Translations under genes and position numbers: made by a program
Notes under the pieces: generated by a model
Told to the model about the DNA's origin: nothing
Seen by the model: only the letters and a program-made list of their open reading frames with translations
Database searches by the model: none
Shown: piece by piece, positions 12,388 to 24,704 of the stretch
How the letters are laid out: every line of letters begins with the position of its first letter
How positions within the stretch are numbered: position 1 is the stretch's first letter
Assembly: GCF_044704955.1 (NCBI RefSeq)
Contig: NC_091994.1
Coordinates: forward strand, 25,606,001 to 25,670,000
Source of the DNA: Pristiophorus japonicus
Lineage: Eukaryota
Direction of reading: 5' to 3'
Length of the DNA stretch: 64,000 bases

Positions 12388-12816
12388 CTGAACTCCTTAT
12401 GCCTGTAATAATGTTTGATGCAAAATTGCCTTCTGTCATATCCTTCTTCTCATCTGCAATCCGTTGTAAAGTCTTGAATAAGTTTGAAAACTCATTATCA
12501 TCATAGGCAGTCCCTCGTAATTGAGGAAGACTTGCTTCCACTCTTCGCATGACTTTACTATTCTCAGGCAAAGAGACAAACAATTTTCTGTATTGCTCGT
12601 CGACACGATATGCTTTTAGGAAAAGGTTGAAAACTGCCTTTGTTTCATTGCTCAGATGACTCCTGAGGGCATAAGCTGGATACTAATGTAAATACCATTT
12701 CTTCTGGTGACATTTGATCTTTGCAGTCACTTTCCACCAAGGATCAGTAAAATGAAACCATCCAAACACCTTGTAATGTACACCGGAGACAAGGTCTTTG
12801 ATTGTAACGAACCACC
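12388..12816 (-). pseudogene. Decayed exon similar to the N-terminal region of DNA helicase B (HELB)
   Basis: Translation VTIKDLVSGVHYKVFGWFHFTDPWWKVTAKIKCHQKKWYLH*YPAYALRSHLSNETKAVFNLFLKAYRVDEQYRKLFVSLPENSKV..EFSNLFKTLQRI resembles recalled HELB (KVFGRFPITGAWWRVKV..GFPSYFLQSDMS..ALFLKEC..NFENLRETLRTF). Stop at 12683-12685; RTE-tail insertion; donor cag|gtaagc at 12388/12387; candidate acceptor ttggcag| at 12817. Confidence 0.7.
12494..12545 (-). mobile_element. RTE 3' tail-only insertion (~50 bp)
   Basis: catcataggcagtccctcgtaattgaggaagacttgcttccactc is nearly identical to the tail at 34225-34268. Confidence 0.85.
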
Positions 12817-13009
12817 CTGCCAACCGAAAGAGGTTGTGATGGAAGTTGCACCGTTGGACATAGGTACACGAGGTATGTGAACTTCAGGGTAAGGTGAATT
12901 GATTTCACAAGTTCCTTATCAATGTGCTATGTGAAGATTTAGGGATACCTTGGTGTCCAGCAATTGATAGTGGAAGTGGGGATAGTTCTTTGAGGAAGTG
13001 AGAGATATG

Positions 13010-13470
13010 ACAGATGGGAGAAATGCAGTGGATGTAGTGTACATGGATTATTAGAAAGCCTTTGACAAGGTAGCACACAGGAGACTACTGGAGCAGATGA
13101 AAGAATATGAAATAAAGGGAGGGTTGCTAGTTAGATTAAAAACTAGTTCGAAGGGAGGAAACAGAGAGTACAAGTTAAGGGCAGTTGGAAGTGTGGATAT
13201 AGAGCTAAAAGGAGAACTCCAAATTTGCAGACAATATTAAAATGGGAAAAACAGCAAATCATTCTGAGGACGGAAGGAATCTGCAAGGGAATATGTTTCA
13301 TGATTGTGAGTTGGGCAAAAAAGTGACAGATGGAATTCAATGTCAGCCAGTGTGAGGTGATATATTTTGGAAAAACAAATAATGATACTTTGAATGATGG
13401 AAGGTTGGGTGATGTGAAAGGAGAGGGGGATTTGGGGGTTCAGGTACACGAGACATTAAAAGCAGCACCT
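13010..13470 (+). mobile_element. Old CR1 RT internal fragments
   Basis: gcagtggatgtagtgtacatggattattagaaagcctttgacaagg = AVDVVYMDY*KAFDK; later WQMEFN..CEV-like sequence. Confidence 0.75.
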
Positions 13471-14632
13471 CAAGGGCATAAGGCCATATAACAGCGCCTT
13501 CCCAAAATGTTATTCCTGCCCAAACTTGCGGGCATAGACAGACAAGTTTTTCAGATTCATTCTTTTCGGATTCTACACAATCCATGAAATCTGTGCAGGC
13601 CGCAAAGGGGGACAGCCCTAGTTAGTGTACAGCCAAGGCAATAAAGGTTCATTTTGAAGCGGTTCACTCTTTCGTGTCTGTTTTGCGGGCTCTACAGATG
13701 TGCGACCAGCCAAAGCACTTCTTGGGAAGAATTCCTTCAGCAAGTTAGTTTATAATTTTGACAAGGCTTCTAAATCTCCTGCCAGTGCCCACCAAACTAT
13801 AGAATTGCCCATTCCCTGTGGCTGTAATTCCTCCTTTGCCCAGTCTTAACATAGGGATTCTCTTCTTTAGAGCCTGTCTGTCTACCTCAACGTCTTAACA
13901 ACAGCCAATCTTGTAACTAGACTGTGAAACGAGCACTGTGACATGGAGATCAGGAAATCCCAGTGCTTGGTTCACCAACAGTCAGGCTGTCTATTGCAAC
14001 GGTCTTGAAGTAAGCAGAGAATGAGGAGAAGGGGGTAGAGGGGAGAGGCCCCGATGGAAGAACCAGCTGGAAGGAGAAATCAGTGATCACATTCCAAGTT
14101 GCAACAACAGATATGCAGCAAGTGAAGTGTCACTTTGATAACTTGACAAAAAATTCAGAAAACCATATTCAGTGAGAAGCCATTACTGATAATTATAAGA
14201 CATTTAATGGAAAAAATTAATCACTGATAAATTAGAGTGTTTATAACTTCACGGTAATTGTTCACTGGCATGATGGTATGCAGCAGTCTATTCACTTCAT
14301 AGATCCTTATTAAAATGTGTTGCTATTGCTGTCCCCAGCTTTCGACATCAGCAAACCCAACAATACTAATTGTACCCAGTTGAGATTTACACTTGCTCAT
14401 TTCTATCTTTCTTATGTTTGAAAAAAAACGTTCTCATAAAACCAAACCAAACTCCATCAGCACAAAACCCCTGGAAAATACCATTACCACAATAACAGCC
14501 TGCTTTTTGTTTCAGCAACTCGGAAATCCTGAAGCAAACTCCAAAAGAAGGCGCAATTCTTTTCAAAGCAGTTGTAATATTTTATTTATCTGAACGAATA
14601 TAAAACAAAGACTACATTCTGTAACACCAGAT

Positions 14633-14725
14633 GCAACAACAACAACATGTATTTATATAGTGCCTTTAGCATAGTAAAATTTCCCAATGCGCTTCACAGG
14701 AGTATTATAAGACAAAAACTTTGAT
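14633..14725 (-). mobile_element. L2-type tail fragment
   Basis: (caa)n followed by atgtatttatatagtgccttta..cttcacaggagtattat is the reverse complement of 2930-3003. Confidence 0.7.
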
Positions 14726-15599
14726 GCAATCAGCAGAATGGTGATGCTGTGCCCCTGATTATGTCATAAGGTTCTCGTCACATTCTGGATGCGGGAGAAG
14801 TGTTCAAATGCCCCTGTGCCAGATCAGTAACCAGAAAAATGTTGTTAAATAACGGACAAAGGAATTTCATATGAATGCATTCACCACTACTTCAGGGTAA
14901 CTGACAAGCCATTTTATTATGATGACAATCTTTAATAATCAACTTAGAGAGTTTAACTGATAAACGTTTGCATTGGCTGTGTGCGGTTTTAGAGCGCTGT
15001 ATTTAAATAGTGCAGGCATTATAATATGCTTTTTAGAGGTCTGTATGTTTAATGCTTTTTTAAAATAATTATTCTAAACATGTGCTAGTAATTTGTATGC
15101 TTTTTTTTTTAAGACTAGAATAATTTTCTTTTACCATGAGCAGATTTGCTCAAATAAGCTAAACATAAAGAAACATGGCAATTTCAGAATCTGAGCTTGC
15201 CAACAATCACTGCGCTCAAAAAGCAACTCACTGTCTGGCATTGATTTGGAACGGTTCAATGATGTGAGATGACATATCAATGCGAGTCTTTCTTTCTTCC
15301 GTATTTGGAGATAGGAATTCGGAGAATGACAAATGCAGTCACTTTCCTCAAGGTGCTGAAACCAAGTAATAACAGCCATCTCCACCATCTTGATATACAA
15401 CATCTGAAATATTACAAGACCATTGCACCATCCTTATCGTCGTGGTTAAAGGCGGTTTCTTTCTAAATGATATTAATATTCAAAGAAAACCTTTTGGAAA
15501 CTGCATGATTAAAGCTGTTTTCTTTCTAAGGAATAATAAAAACGCACACTTTTCACTAATGGGTATGTTTTGTGACACATTATAACTTCTAGGAGTATT

Positions 15600-15655
15600 T
15601 GTAACCCCACTTTTTAAAAAAGGAGGGAGAGAGAAAACAGGGAATTATAGACCGG
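15600..15655 (+). mobile_element. Isolated 56-bp internal fragment of young CR1 ORF2
   Basis: Identical to 27248-27303 (VTPLFKKGGREKTGNYRP); flanks are unrelated to CR1. Confidence 0.92.
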
Positions 15656-16157
15656 CTACAAGTTTCCTTGCAACATGTGTGGCACAGCTTTGTAACTAGC
15701 TTCATGGTTACCTAAAGGCTGCAAAGCGAATTCCCCACCAGTACATAGAAGCATGACGGCTTGCAGATACGGTTAGTAGCATAATGGCAGGTGAAGAAAA
15801 TACGACTCTGGTGCATGCTGATCTCTCTGCCATGCCCTTATATCTTTTCCAAGTTCAATCCTGAAATACTGTATTTAGTGCACTTTAAACCGTTATCTGT
15901 AATTTTAGTTTAGACTTAATGACTGCCACAAGACTCTGAAGAATGCACTTAGATGCCTTGTTCTGCATGACCTCCTTTGAAATTTGTATTGTACTAGCTT
16001 CTTTTGCTTACATTTTTAATATGTATCATTTACAGGCAGTTTTCCAGTCAATTAGCAGATAAAATTGTCTATTATAGGTGCCATGTAAACGTAATGGCCG
16101 AGAAATTGGATAAGGCCCAAAAACGGGAGTAGGGTTGCGATACAGCCAGTTGTCGTA

Positions 16158-16502
16158 GTGCACATTGGTACCAACGACATAGGTAAAAAAAAAAGGGATG
16201 AGGTCCTACGAAACGAATTTAAGGAGCTAGGAGCTAAATTAAAAAGTGGGACCTCAAAAGTAGTAATCTCGGGATTGCTACCAGTGCCACGTACTAGTCA
16301 GAGTAGGAATCGCAGGATAGCGCAGATGAATACGTGGCTTGAGCAGTGGTGCAGCAGGGAGGGATTCAAATTCCTGGGGCATTGGAACCGGTTCTGGGGG
16401 AGGTGGGACCAGTACAAACCGGACGGTCTGCACCTAGACAGGACCGGAACCAATGTCCTAGGGAGAGTGTTTGCTAGTGCTGTTGGGGAGGAGTTAAACT
16501 AA
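16158..16502 (+). pseudogene. CR1 ORF1 C-terminal half (SGNH/GDSL esterase-like domain)
   Basis: HIGTND and PDGLHL blocks of SGNH hydrolases. Confidence 0.9.
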
Positions 16503-19484
16503 TATGGCAGGGGGATGGGAACCAATGCAGGGAGACAGAGGGAAACAAAAAGGAGACAAAAGCAAAAGACAGAAAGGAGATGAGAAAAAGTGGAGGGCAG
16601 AGAAACCCAAGGCAAAGAACAAAAAGGGCCACTGTGCAGCAAAGTTCTAAAAGGACAAAGGGTGTTAAAAAAAACAAGCCTGAAGGCTTTGTGTCTTAAT
16701 GCAAGGAGTATCCGTAATAAAGTGGATGAATTAACTGTGCAAATAGATGTTAACAAATATGATGTGATTGGGATTACAGAGACATGGCTCCAGGATTATC
16801 AGGGTGGGAACTCAACATCCAGGGGTATTCAACATTCAGGAAGGATAGAATAAAAGGAAAAGGAGATGGGGTAGCATTGCTGGTTAAAGAGGAGATTAAT
16901 GCAATAGTTAGGAAGGACATTAGCTTGGATGATGTGGAATCTATATGGGTAGAGCTGCAGAACACCAAAGGGCAAAAAATGTTAGTGGGAGTTGTGTACA
17001 GACCTCCAAACGGTAGTAGTGATGTTGGGGAGGGCATCAAACAGGAAATTAGGGGAACATGCAATAAAGGTGCAGCAGTTATAATGGGTGACTTTAATAT
17101 GCACATAGATTGGGCTAACCAAACTGGAAGCAATACGGTGGAGGAGGATTTCCTGGAGTGCATAAGGGATGGTTTTCTAGACCAATACGTCGAGGAACCA
17201 ACTGGGGGGAGGCCATCTTAGACTGGGTGTTTTGTAATGAGAGAGGATTAATTAGCAATCTCATTGTGCGAGGCCCCTTGGGGAAGAGTGACCATAATAT
17301 GGTGGAATTCTGCATTAGGATGGAGAATGAAACAGTTAATTCAGAGACCATGGTCCAGAACTTAAAGAAGGCTAACTTTGAAGGTATGAGGCGTGAATTG
17401 GCTAGGATACATTGGCGAATGATACTTAAGGGGTTGACTGTGGATGGGCAATGGCAGACATTTAGAGACCGCATGGATGAACTACAACAATTGTACATTC
17501 CTGTCTGGCGTAAAAATAAAAAAGGGAAGATGGCTCAACCGCGGCTATCAAGGGAAATCAGGGATAGTATTAAAGCCAAGGAAGTGGCATACAAATTGGC
17601 CAGAAATAGCAGCGAACCCGGGGACTGGGAGAAATTTAGAACTCAGCAGAGGAGGACAAAGGGTTTGATTAGGGCAGGGAAAATGGAGTACGAGAAGAAG
17701 CTTGCAGGGAACATTAAGACGGATTGCAAAAGTTTCTATAGATATGTAAAGAGAAAAAGGTTAGTAAAGACAAACGTAGGTCCCCTGCAGTCAGAATCAG
17801 GGGAAGTCATAACGGGGAACAAAGAAATGGCAGACCAATTGAACAAGTACTTTGGTTCGGTATTCACTAAGGAGGACACAAACAACTTTCCGGATATAAA
17901 AGGGGTCAGAGAATCTAGTAAGGAGGAGGAACTGAGGGAAATCCTTATTAGTCAGGAAATTGTGTTGGGGAAATTGATGGGATTGAAGTCCGATAAATCC
18001 CCAGGGCCTGATGGACTGCATCCCAGAGTACTTAAGGAGGTGGCCTTGGAAATAGCGGATGCATTGACAGTCATTTTCCAACATTCCATTGACTCTGGAT
18101 CAGTTCCTATCGAGTGGAGGGTAGCCAATGTAACCCCACTTTTTAAAAAAGGAGGGAGAGAGAAAACAGGGAATTATAGACCAGTCAGCCTGACCTCAGT
18201 AGTGGGTAAAATGATGGAATCAATTATTAAGGATGTCATAGCAGCGCATTTGGAAAGAGGTGACATGATAGGTCCAAGTCAGCATGGATTTGTGAAAGGG
18301 AAATCATGCTTGACAAATCTTCTGGAATTTTTTGAGGATGTTTCCAGTAGAGTGGACAAGGGAGAACCAGTTGATGTGGTATATTTGGACTTTCAGAAGG
18401 CTTTCGACAAGGTGCCACACAAGAGATTAATGTGCAAAGTTAAAGCACATGGGATTGGGGAAGTGTGCTGACATGGATTGAGAACTGGTTGTCAAACAGG
18501 AAGCAAAGAGTAGGAGTAAATGGGTACTTTTCAGAATGGCAGGCAGTGACTAGTGGGGTACCGCAAGGTTCTGTGCTGGGGCCCCAGCTGTTTACACTGT
18601 ACATTAATGATTTAGACGAGGGGATTAAATGTAGTATCTCCAAATTTGCGGATGACACTAAGTTGTGTGGCAGTGTGAGCTGCGAGGAGGGTGCTATGAG
18701 GCTGCAGAGTGACTTGGATAGGTTAGGTGAGTGGGCAAATGCATGGCAGATGAAGTATAATGTGGATAAATGTGAGGTTATCCACTTTGATGGTAAAAAT
18801 AGAGAGACAGACTATTATCTGAATGGTGACAGATTAGGAAAAGGGGAGGTGCAACGAGACCTGGGTGTCATGGTACATCAGTCATTGAAGATTGGCATGC
18901 AGGTACAGCAGGCGGTTAAGAAAGCAAATGGCATGTTGGCCTTCATAGCGAGGGGATTTGAGTACAGGGGCAGGGATGTGTTACTACAGTTGTACAGGGC
19001 CTTGGTGAGGCCACACCTGGAGTATTGTGTACAGTTTTGGTCTCCTAACTTGAGGAAGGACATTCTTGCTATTGAGGGAGTGCAGCGAAGGTTCACCAGA
19101 CTGATTCCTGGGATGGCGGGACTGACATATCAAGAAAGACTGGATCAACTGGGCTTGTATTCATTGGAGTTCGGAAGAATGAGAGGGGATCTCATAGAAA
19201 CATTTAAAATTCTGACGGGTTTAGACAGGTTAGATGCAGGAAGAATGTTCCCAATGTTGGGGAAGTCCAGAACCAGGGGTCACAGTCTAAGGATAAGGGG
19301 TATGCCATTTAGGACCGAGATGTGGAGAAACTTCTTCACCCAGAGAGTGGTGAACCCGTGGAATTCTCTACCACAGGAAGTTGTTGAGGCCAATTCACTA
19401 AATATATTCAAAAAGGAGTTAGATGTAGTCCTTACTACGAGGGGGATCAAGGGGTATGGCGAGAAAGCAGGAATGGGGTACTGA
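16503..19484 (+). pseudogene. CR1 ORF2 (AP endonuclease + reverse transcriptase), frameshifted
   Basis: LNARSI, GITETWL, YRPP, MGDFN, SDHN (APE); NYRPVSL, YLDFQKAFD, GVPQGSVLGP, FADD (RT); split over ORFs 16590, 16784, 17158 and 18465. Confidence 0.95.
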
Positions 19485-20286
19485 AGTTGCATGTTCAGCT
19501 ATGAACTCATTGAATGGCGGTGCAGGCTCGAAGGGCCGAATGGCCTACTCCTGCACCTATTTTCTATGTTTCTATGTTTCTAGCTATAAACTTATTTGAC
19601 AGTAACTCGAGCAAAACATTTAATTTTTACTCATTATTCGCATATAGTTCTCTTAAAAGAATATCTTACATAAAGATGTAATACATGCTGGAAACCCATT
19701 GGTAAATATAATTTATGTTTATTCCATTGTTTAAAGATGATAGGGCAGATCTGCTGTGCGCATTATGTGTAACAAAATCAGAAACACATTTCTTAGAAAC
19801 AGGTTTACAATTTTGTTACATGAAGCTCGTTTCCCCCCCCCCCAAAGAAAGGAAACACCTTCAGTAAGCACTCCCAAGACAAATTCCTAAAAGAAGAGGA
19901 CATAGGGAAGTTGGTATGAGAAGCTGCTGCCCTTAAGGAGTTGAGTTGGAGAGGAATTTCCAGAGCTTTTTCTGAAATGGCTTTAGCGCTGTTTTTCCTG
20001 GCACTTTGCCTTTCGCAGGAGATTTCATGGTTAGGGGGTAGATCAAAGGTGTACAAGGAAGGTTACAACATTGCCAAGATGGGTGGGTGTGATGGTCCTT
20101 TCCTGTCACTCTTTTTGCATGTTCCCTTGGCATTTACTGACGCGCAGCCTACTCATATGTCGATGTCCTGCCTTAGGATGAATCATCGGTTTGCTCCTTA
20201 CACTTTAGAAAATAAATCTATCAATGACCAACACGAGATAAATTCAGTTGCTACCTGGTGCTGCCATGACATTTTCAGAAAAGTAC

Positions 20287-20474
20287 TGGGAATAGACATC
20301 AGTCTCGGGTGATCGTACTAAACGACTGCTGTTGCATCGGTTGCCTGTTAAATGCCCCACTTGATATTCAGCTCTATTGCAGTCAAGGGAACTAAATATC
20401 GGGCAGGGAGTATAACGGGCGGAAGATACGATACTGCTGGGTTTATGCTACTGTCCGAGACACATTTCTCTCCT
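20287..20474. mobile_element. Palindromic MITE (same family as 4462-5332)
   Basis: Shares ctattgcagtca..ggaact.aatat.gggc.gggag.ataa.gggcgga with 5234-5283; arms are inverted. Confidence 0.65.
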
Positions 20475-23400
20475 CAATATCTCCTGCAGCAGCTCACCAA
20501 GCACTGGTCGGGTCTAATTCCATTTTTTTTTCTTAAAGATTTCAGCAATCATAAAGACTGAAAATAGTTGAATGAAATTCCTTCAAAATACACATTATTT
20601 CATGGGATGACCAATGAGATAAATGATATAGATTGTAACTCGTATGTCATTCTGAAAATACGTGAGCTTTGAAAATTATTGCATGAACAAGAGATAACAA
20701 CCCAACCAGACCTGCATTGTCATGAGCCACTAACAGTTTAAAAAGAAACTGAAAAGTCATGGTCTGCTCATCGTCAATGAGTGCCACGTGTCACCACGGT
20801 AACTTCCTCACCATAACTGCCTGAGTATTCTGGAGCATCAACATTATAGGAAATAGCCAACCTTCAAAAATTAGAATAAATATATATAGGTCCCACATAA
20901 ATGAAACCAAACCATGGGCAGAAAGTAACAGCCAGCACAAGCTAGCACCCCTCTGCCATAACCAAATGGCGAGTCATGAGTTTATAGGACCACCACAGTG
21001 ACTGCACCCAAGCTTCTGGGATGGTATTCCACAATACTCCACTTCACAAACAGAAGCAAAATACCGCACTCTCAGATGAATACCCTAATTATACCATGTG
21101 TAACATATTTGTTTATTTTTTAACATATACACACACATAGATCATGTAAATCACTCACAATGCAGTTCCCTTCATTCATAGAATAAACACTATATTGAAC
21201 ACTTCATATTTAGTGTTCTCTATATGATTGTAAAGCCTTTCTGCTGTTTGAGTCATGTAACCCAACAAATATAGAACCCTTTTTGTCGCTTTTATTCACC
21301 TAGTACACTCTTATTCAAAAATTCAAACATTAGATTAATGTAGCTAAAGATGAGAAGCATTCACCAAGCAAGGAGATTATTGACACTCTAACATTCTCTC
21401 AGTTCTGTCATGTTATCCCCCAAAAATACACTGCATTAGAAATGAAGAAAATAGCACAAAATAAACTTGAAATGAAAAACATGATTTTGCCAGTAATGAC
21501 ATGATTACTAACTCATTCTGCAAGCCTTTGCTATTTGCATTGTTCGATTACATCACACATTGTTCTCTTACACAGAAACAAAACAATAGAAAATGAACCT
21601 AACTGAAGCACAGATTGAAAGTGTGATGTGACCAACAATTTCATGATTACTAGCATCTCCTACCATCACACTCTAAATGCCTGCTTCCATTTAGAGATGG
21701 AGCTAAATTGATTTCACTCTAACCGGACAGTATAAGGCCCAAGCCTTGAAATGCATTGGACTTCTTGTATTAAAAATGGTCTCACATCAGCACCCAGTGG
21801 ATATAAAAAAATCACAACTGTTCAGACACTAAATTCTTTCTCATTGTAATATGTTTTTGCAAAAATATTAATGGAATTACATTAAATTTTTTCCTTCTTT
21901 CATCTTTGTAATTGTATGTTAAAAGACAATTTTTCCAATTACAGTGTATATCGGTACCAAAATCCTACAGGGCTGAGACTTCTTCTATACCATCTGATTA
22001 AATCATAAACCAAAGAAAACATTCTACACACTATAACTAACAGGATTTCTGACAGAGGATATCCTAGTGGATGTTTAGTAAAGGAGCAAAAAAACATATT
22101 ATGTTCATGAACAAAATGAGAAAACAATCAGCAGTCTGAGAGTGATGGGTTTCAAAATCGTTTATAAAACCTTTTGGTATCGTAATATGTAGATAAAATA
22201 AAGGATTCATTCGTGTCTCTATGTTAACTAGGATACATTTTACTGTCACAACAGTAGCCTAATAGCCACCATCACCTCACTGTCTACTATATGATATGAA
22301 AGCTGACCCACCTTTTAGATGTTTTAAAAATGGTTCTCTTCATCATACTCCTTGGCCGGTCACACTGCACCCAGTGTAAACTGTTAAAAAAAAAGTCTTC
22401 CTTAGGCCCAATTACTCAAATGGTCAGTGAAAGCTTCAGAATAAAAATGAGATTTATTGACCTTTTTGACCCTAAATCTGGTAAGGTCAGCCAGCAAGGT
22501 TTCAGGGGCAGTAAAATGCTGACCATCAGGGGTTGTCATGGCAACCTGTCCCTTGAGCAAGTTCTAAGTGTTTAGAGCAACTTACAGTTTCTCTTTAGAC
22601 CTGATCAGTTCAAATAACCTGCACCAGCTGCTGGGGTATCTGGGTAAATCCTATTCTGTTCAAATTATAACATTTCAGCTTTTCAAACCCACTCCTACTG
22701 GGAATATAGTGATCACCAAACCACAACTGTATTTAAAAGCGGTGTAATTCGTGTAGTGCAGACTGGCCTGTCCAATATGTAGCAGTATAATATAATCTCA
22801 GCTATTCTAATATGAGGAAAATAAAGAATTGGGTCACAGCCATTCAGAAGCATTCTTAGTCATAAAGCACTGAAGTAAAACTACAAGGTTTTTAAAAAAA
22901 AAATTTGGTATTGTCATTATATAAATATTGAATGACAGGGCAATCTTGAAATTTCAAAATAATGTGTATTTTCTCATACCTCTATTGGATATGTGCTGTG
23001 CAACTGGCAAATTTTTAGCCACCTGCAAACAACCTTGTGTCCTGAATGGGTCAAAGGTCATCAGTGGAACCATGTAATCATGTGGTACCAATAAGACACA
23101 TTATTTGCAAACTGTACGGCAGCTCATTTTATTTCAACTCATTCTGATTGATACAGGCCCACACTCACACAAAGCTTTAACAGATCTAAAACGCAGTTCT
23201 CCTATTTTACCGTTGTTTGATTGAAGAACAAATCCTACAGCCTTTGGTGGAAAAATGTCACCATTTGCATAAAAAGTGCGGACAACCGTATTTTAGCAAA
23301 TCAGCAGAAGCTTCCCGACTAGGGGCTGTAGTCACATGAAAAGGAGAAAAAACAATACAAATGCCAAATCTATTTCCGTTCATTCATACTAAAAGGGTAG

Positions 23401-23546
23401 GGGATAAATATTTTATACAGCTGGTTCCATAGTAATTTCCATTGATAGTGGCCTTAGATTAATATCAGCACATTCTGCCTGTAGCGTCGGGCGCCAGGAA
23501 ACTAGTGCTCAGTATCTGTCAAACTATTAAAAGGAACAGGCTCTTA

Positions 23547-24145
23547 GGCCCTGATTTTAACTCCCCCTGTCTGGCAGAAACCGGGCAAGGAGGCAGTTAA
23601 AATAAGGCAAGTCGTCTACCTTCTCTGATCCCACTATCTTCCCACCATGTCCGGATATTAACCTGATCTGCAATTTTAGTTGAATGACTGAGTGGGACAA
23701 TGATGATGGCTCCCCCATCAGACAAACCTGTCTGGAGCCATGTTGTGGGCCAGAAGAGGCCCAGGCTATGAGTTTTAAAGTTTTATTTTAGGTTACCTTG
23801 TGGGCCAGGGGTGGGGCCGGACAGGAGTGATCCTCTGCGCCTCACAGGGAAGGAAGCCTTGGGCCTTCCATGCTACAACCCTCCCGATCGCCCACAGTAT
23901 TCTTGCCCCCACTCAATCCTGCCAAGATCCTTCCCGCTGTACTGACTACCGGAGACCATTGTGGCCTCCTGCCGCGAGATGCCCACTGTCACCTGCTAGC
24001 CAGATAGGCATTTTGGCCGGGTGTTGGGTGGGACTCTGCAGAGATTTATTCAAATAAGGCCCTGCCGTTAAGATCGGCAGGGCTTTCAGATCCCCGGCCT
24101 TGCCGGGTTCATCGCTTATTGGGCTGCCCCGTAAAAATTAGGGCC
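23547..24145. mobile_element. Non-autonomous PIF/Harbinger-like element
   Basis: TIRs ggccctgatttt ... aaaattagggcc; interior resembles 6141-6840. Confidence 0.7.
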
Positions 24146-24704
24146 GATTGTTCTAAAATAATAATCAATATACAAGAGCGTAATTTTGTTTTTAAAAGGG
24201 TTTTAATAAGAGAATTTGTTTTCGAGACCCCATACAGTGCAAGCTGTGGTGTGCCAACTATTAATAACCATGCACTCTTACTGAAGGCTAAATAAGGTAG
24301 GGCCAATTTTCTGGTTGCCATGCCTGCTCATGGACCATCCAAGCCAGGAAATTGGGCTGAATCTCTACCCATTTTGCGCCGCCTATTATTTTCAGCTGGA
24401 TGCAAGACTGGCCTAAAGTTGTGTCACCCAAAAATGGGCAAAGACCTCTTATTTTAATACAAGACTCAATGCGAGAGGCGGCGGCAGTCCGAGAGGCAGG
24501 AGTGCGTGGTGTCGGAGCGGCCTATAAAAGGCCCAGCGGCAGCGAGAGGCGTACTTGTGCAGCGACAGGGAGAAGGCAAAAAAGAAGTAGAAAGAAACAG
24601 AAAGGTGACGTCACAGCCAAGGGGGTAAGTGATTGGCGAGTAGTTTTTCTTTTTTCTCAGTGAGTAAACTTTAGCATTGTTGTTGCCTATCTAAGGGTTA
24701 AGTC

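Larger units (their letters stand above)
16142..19582 (+). mobile_element. Young CR1 LINE, 5'-truncated (copy A)
   Basis: ORF1 esterase C-terminus, ORF2 APE+RT and (ttctatgt)n tail ending at 19582; near-identical to 25295-28705. Confidence 0.97.
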
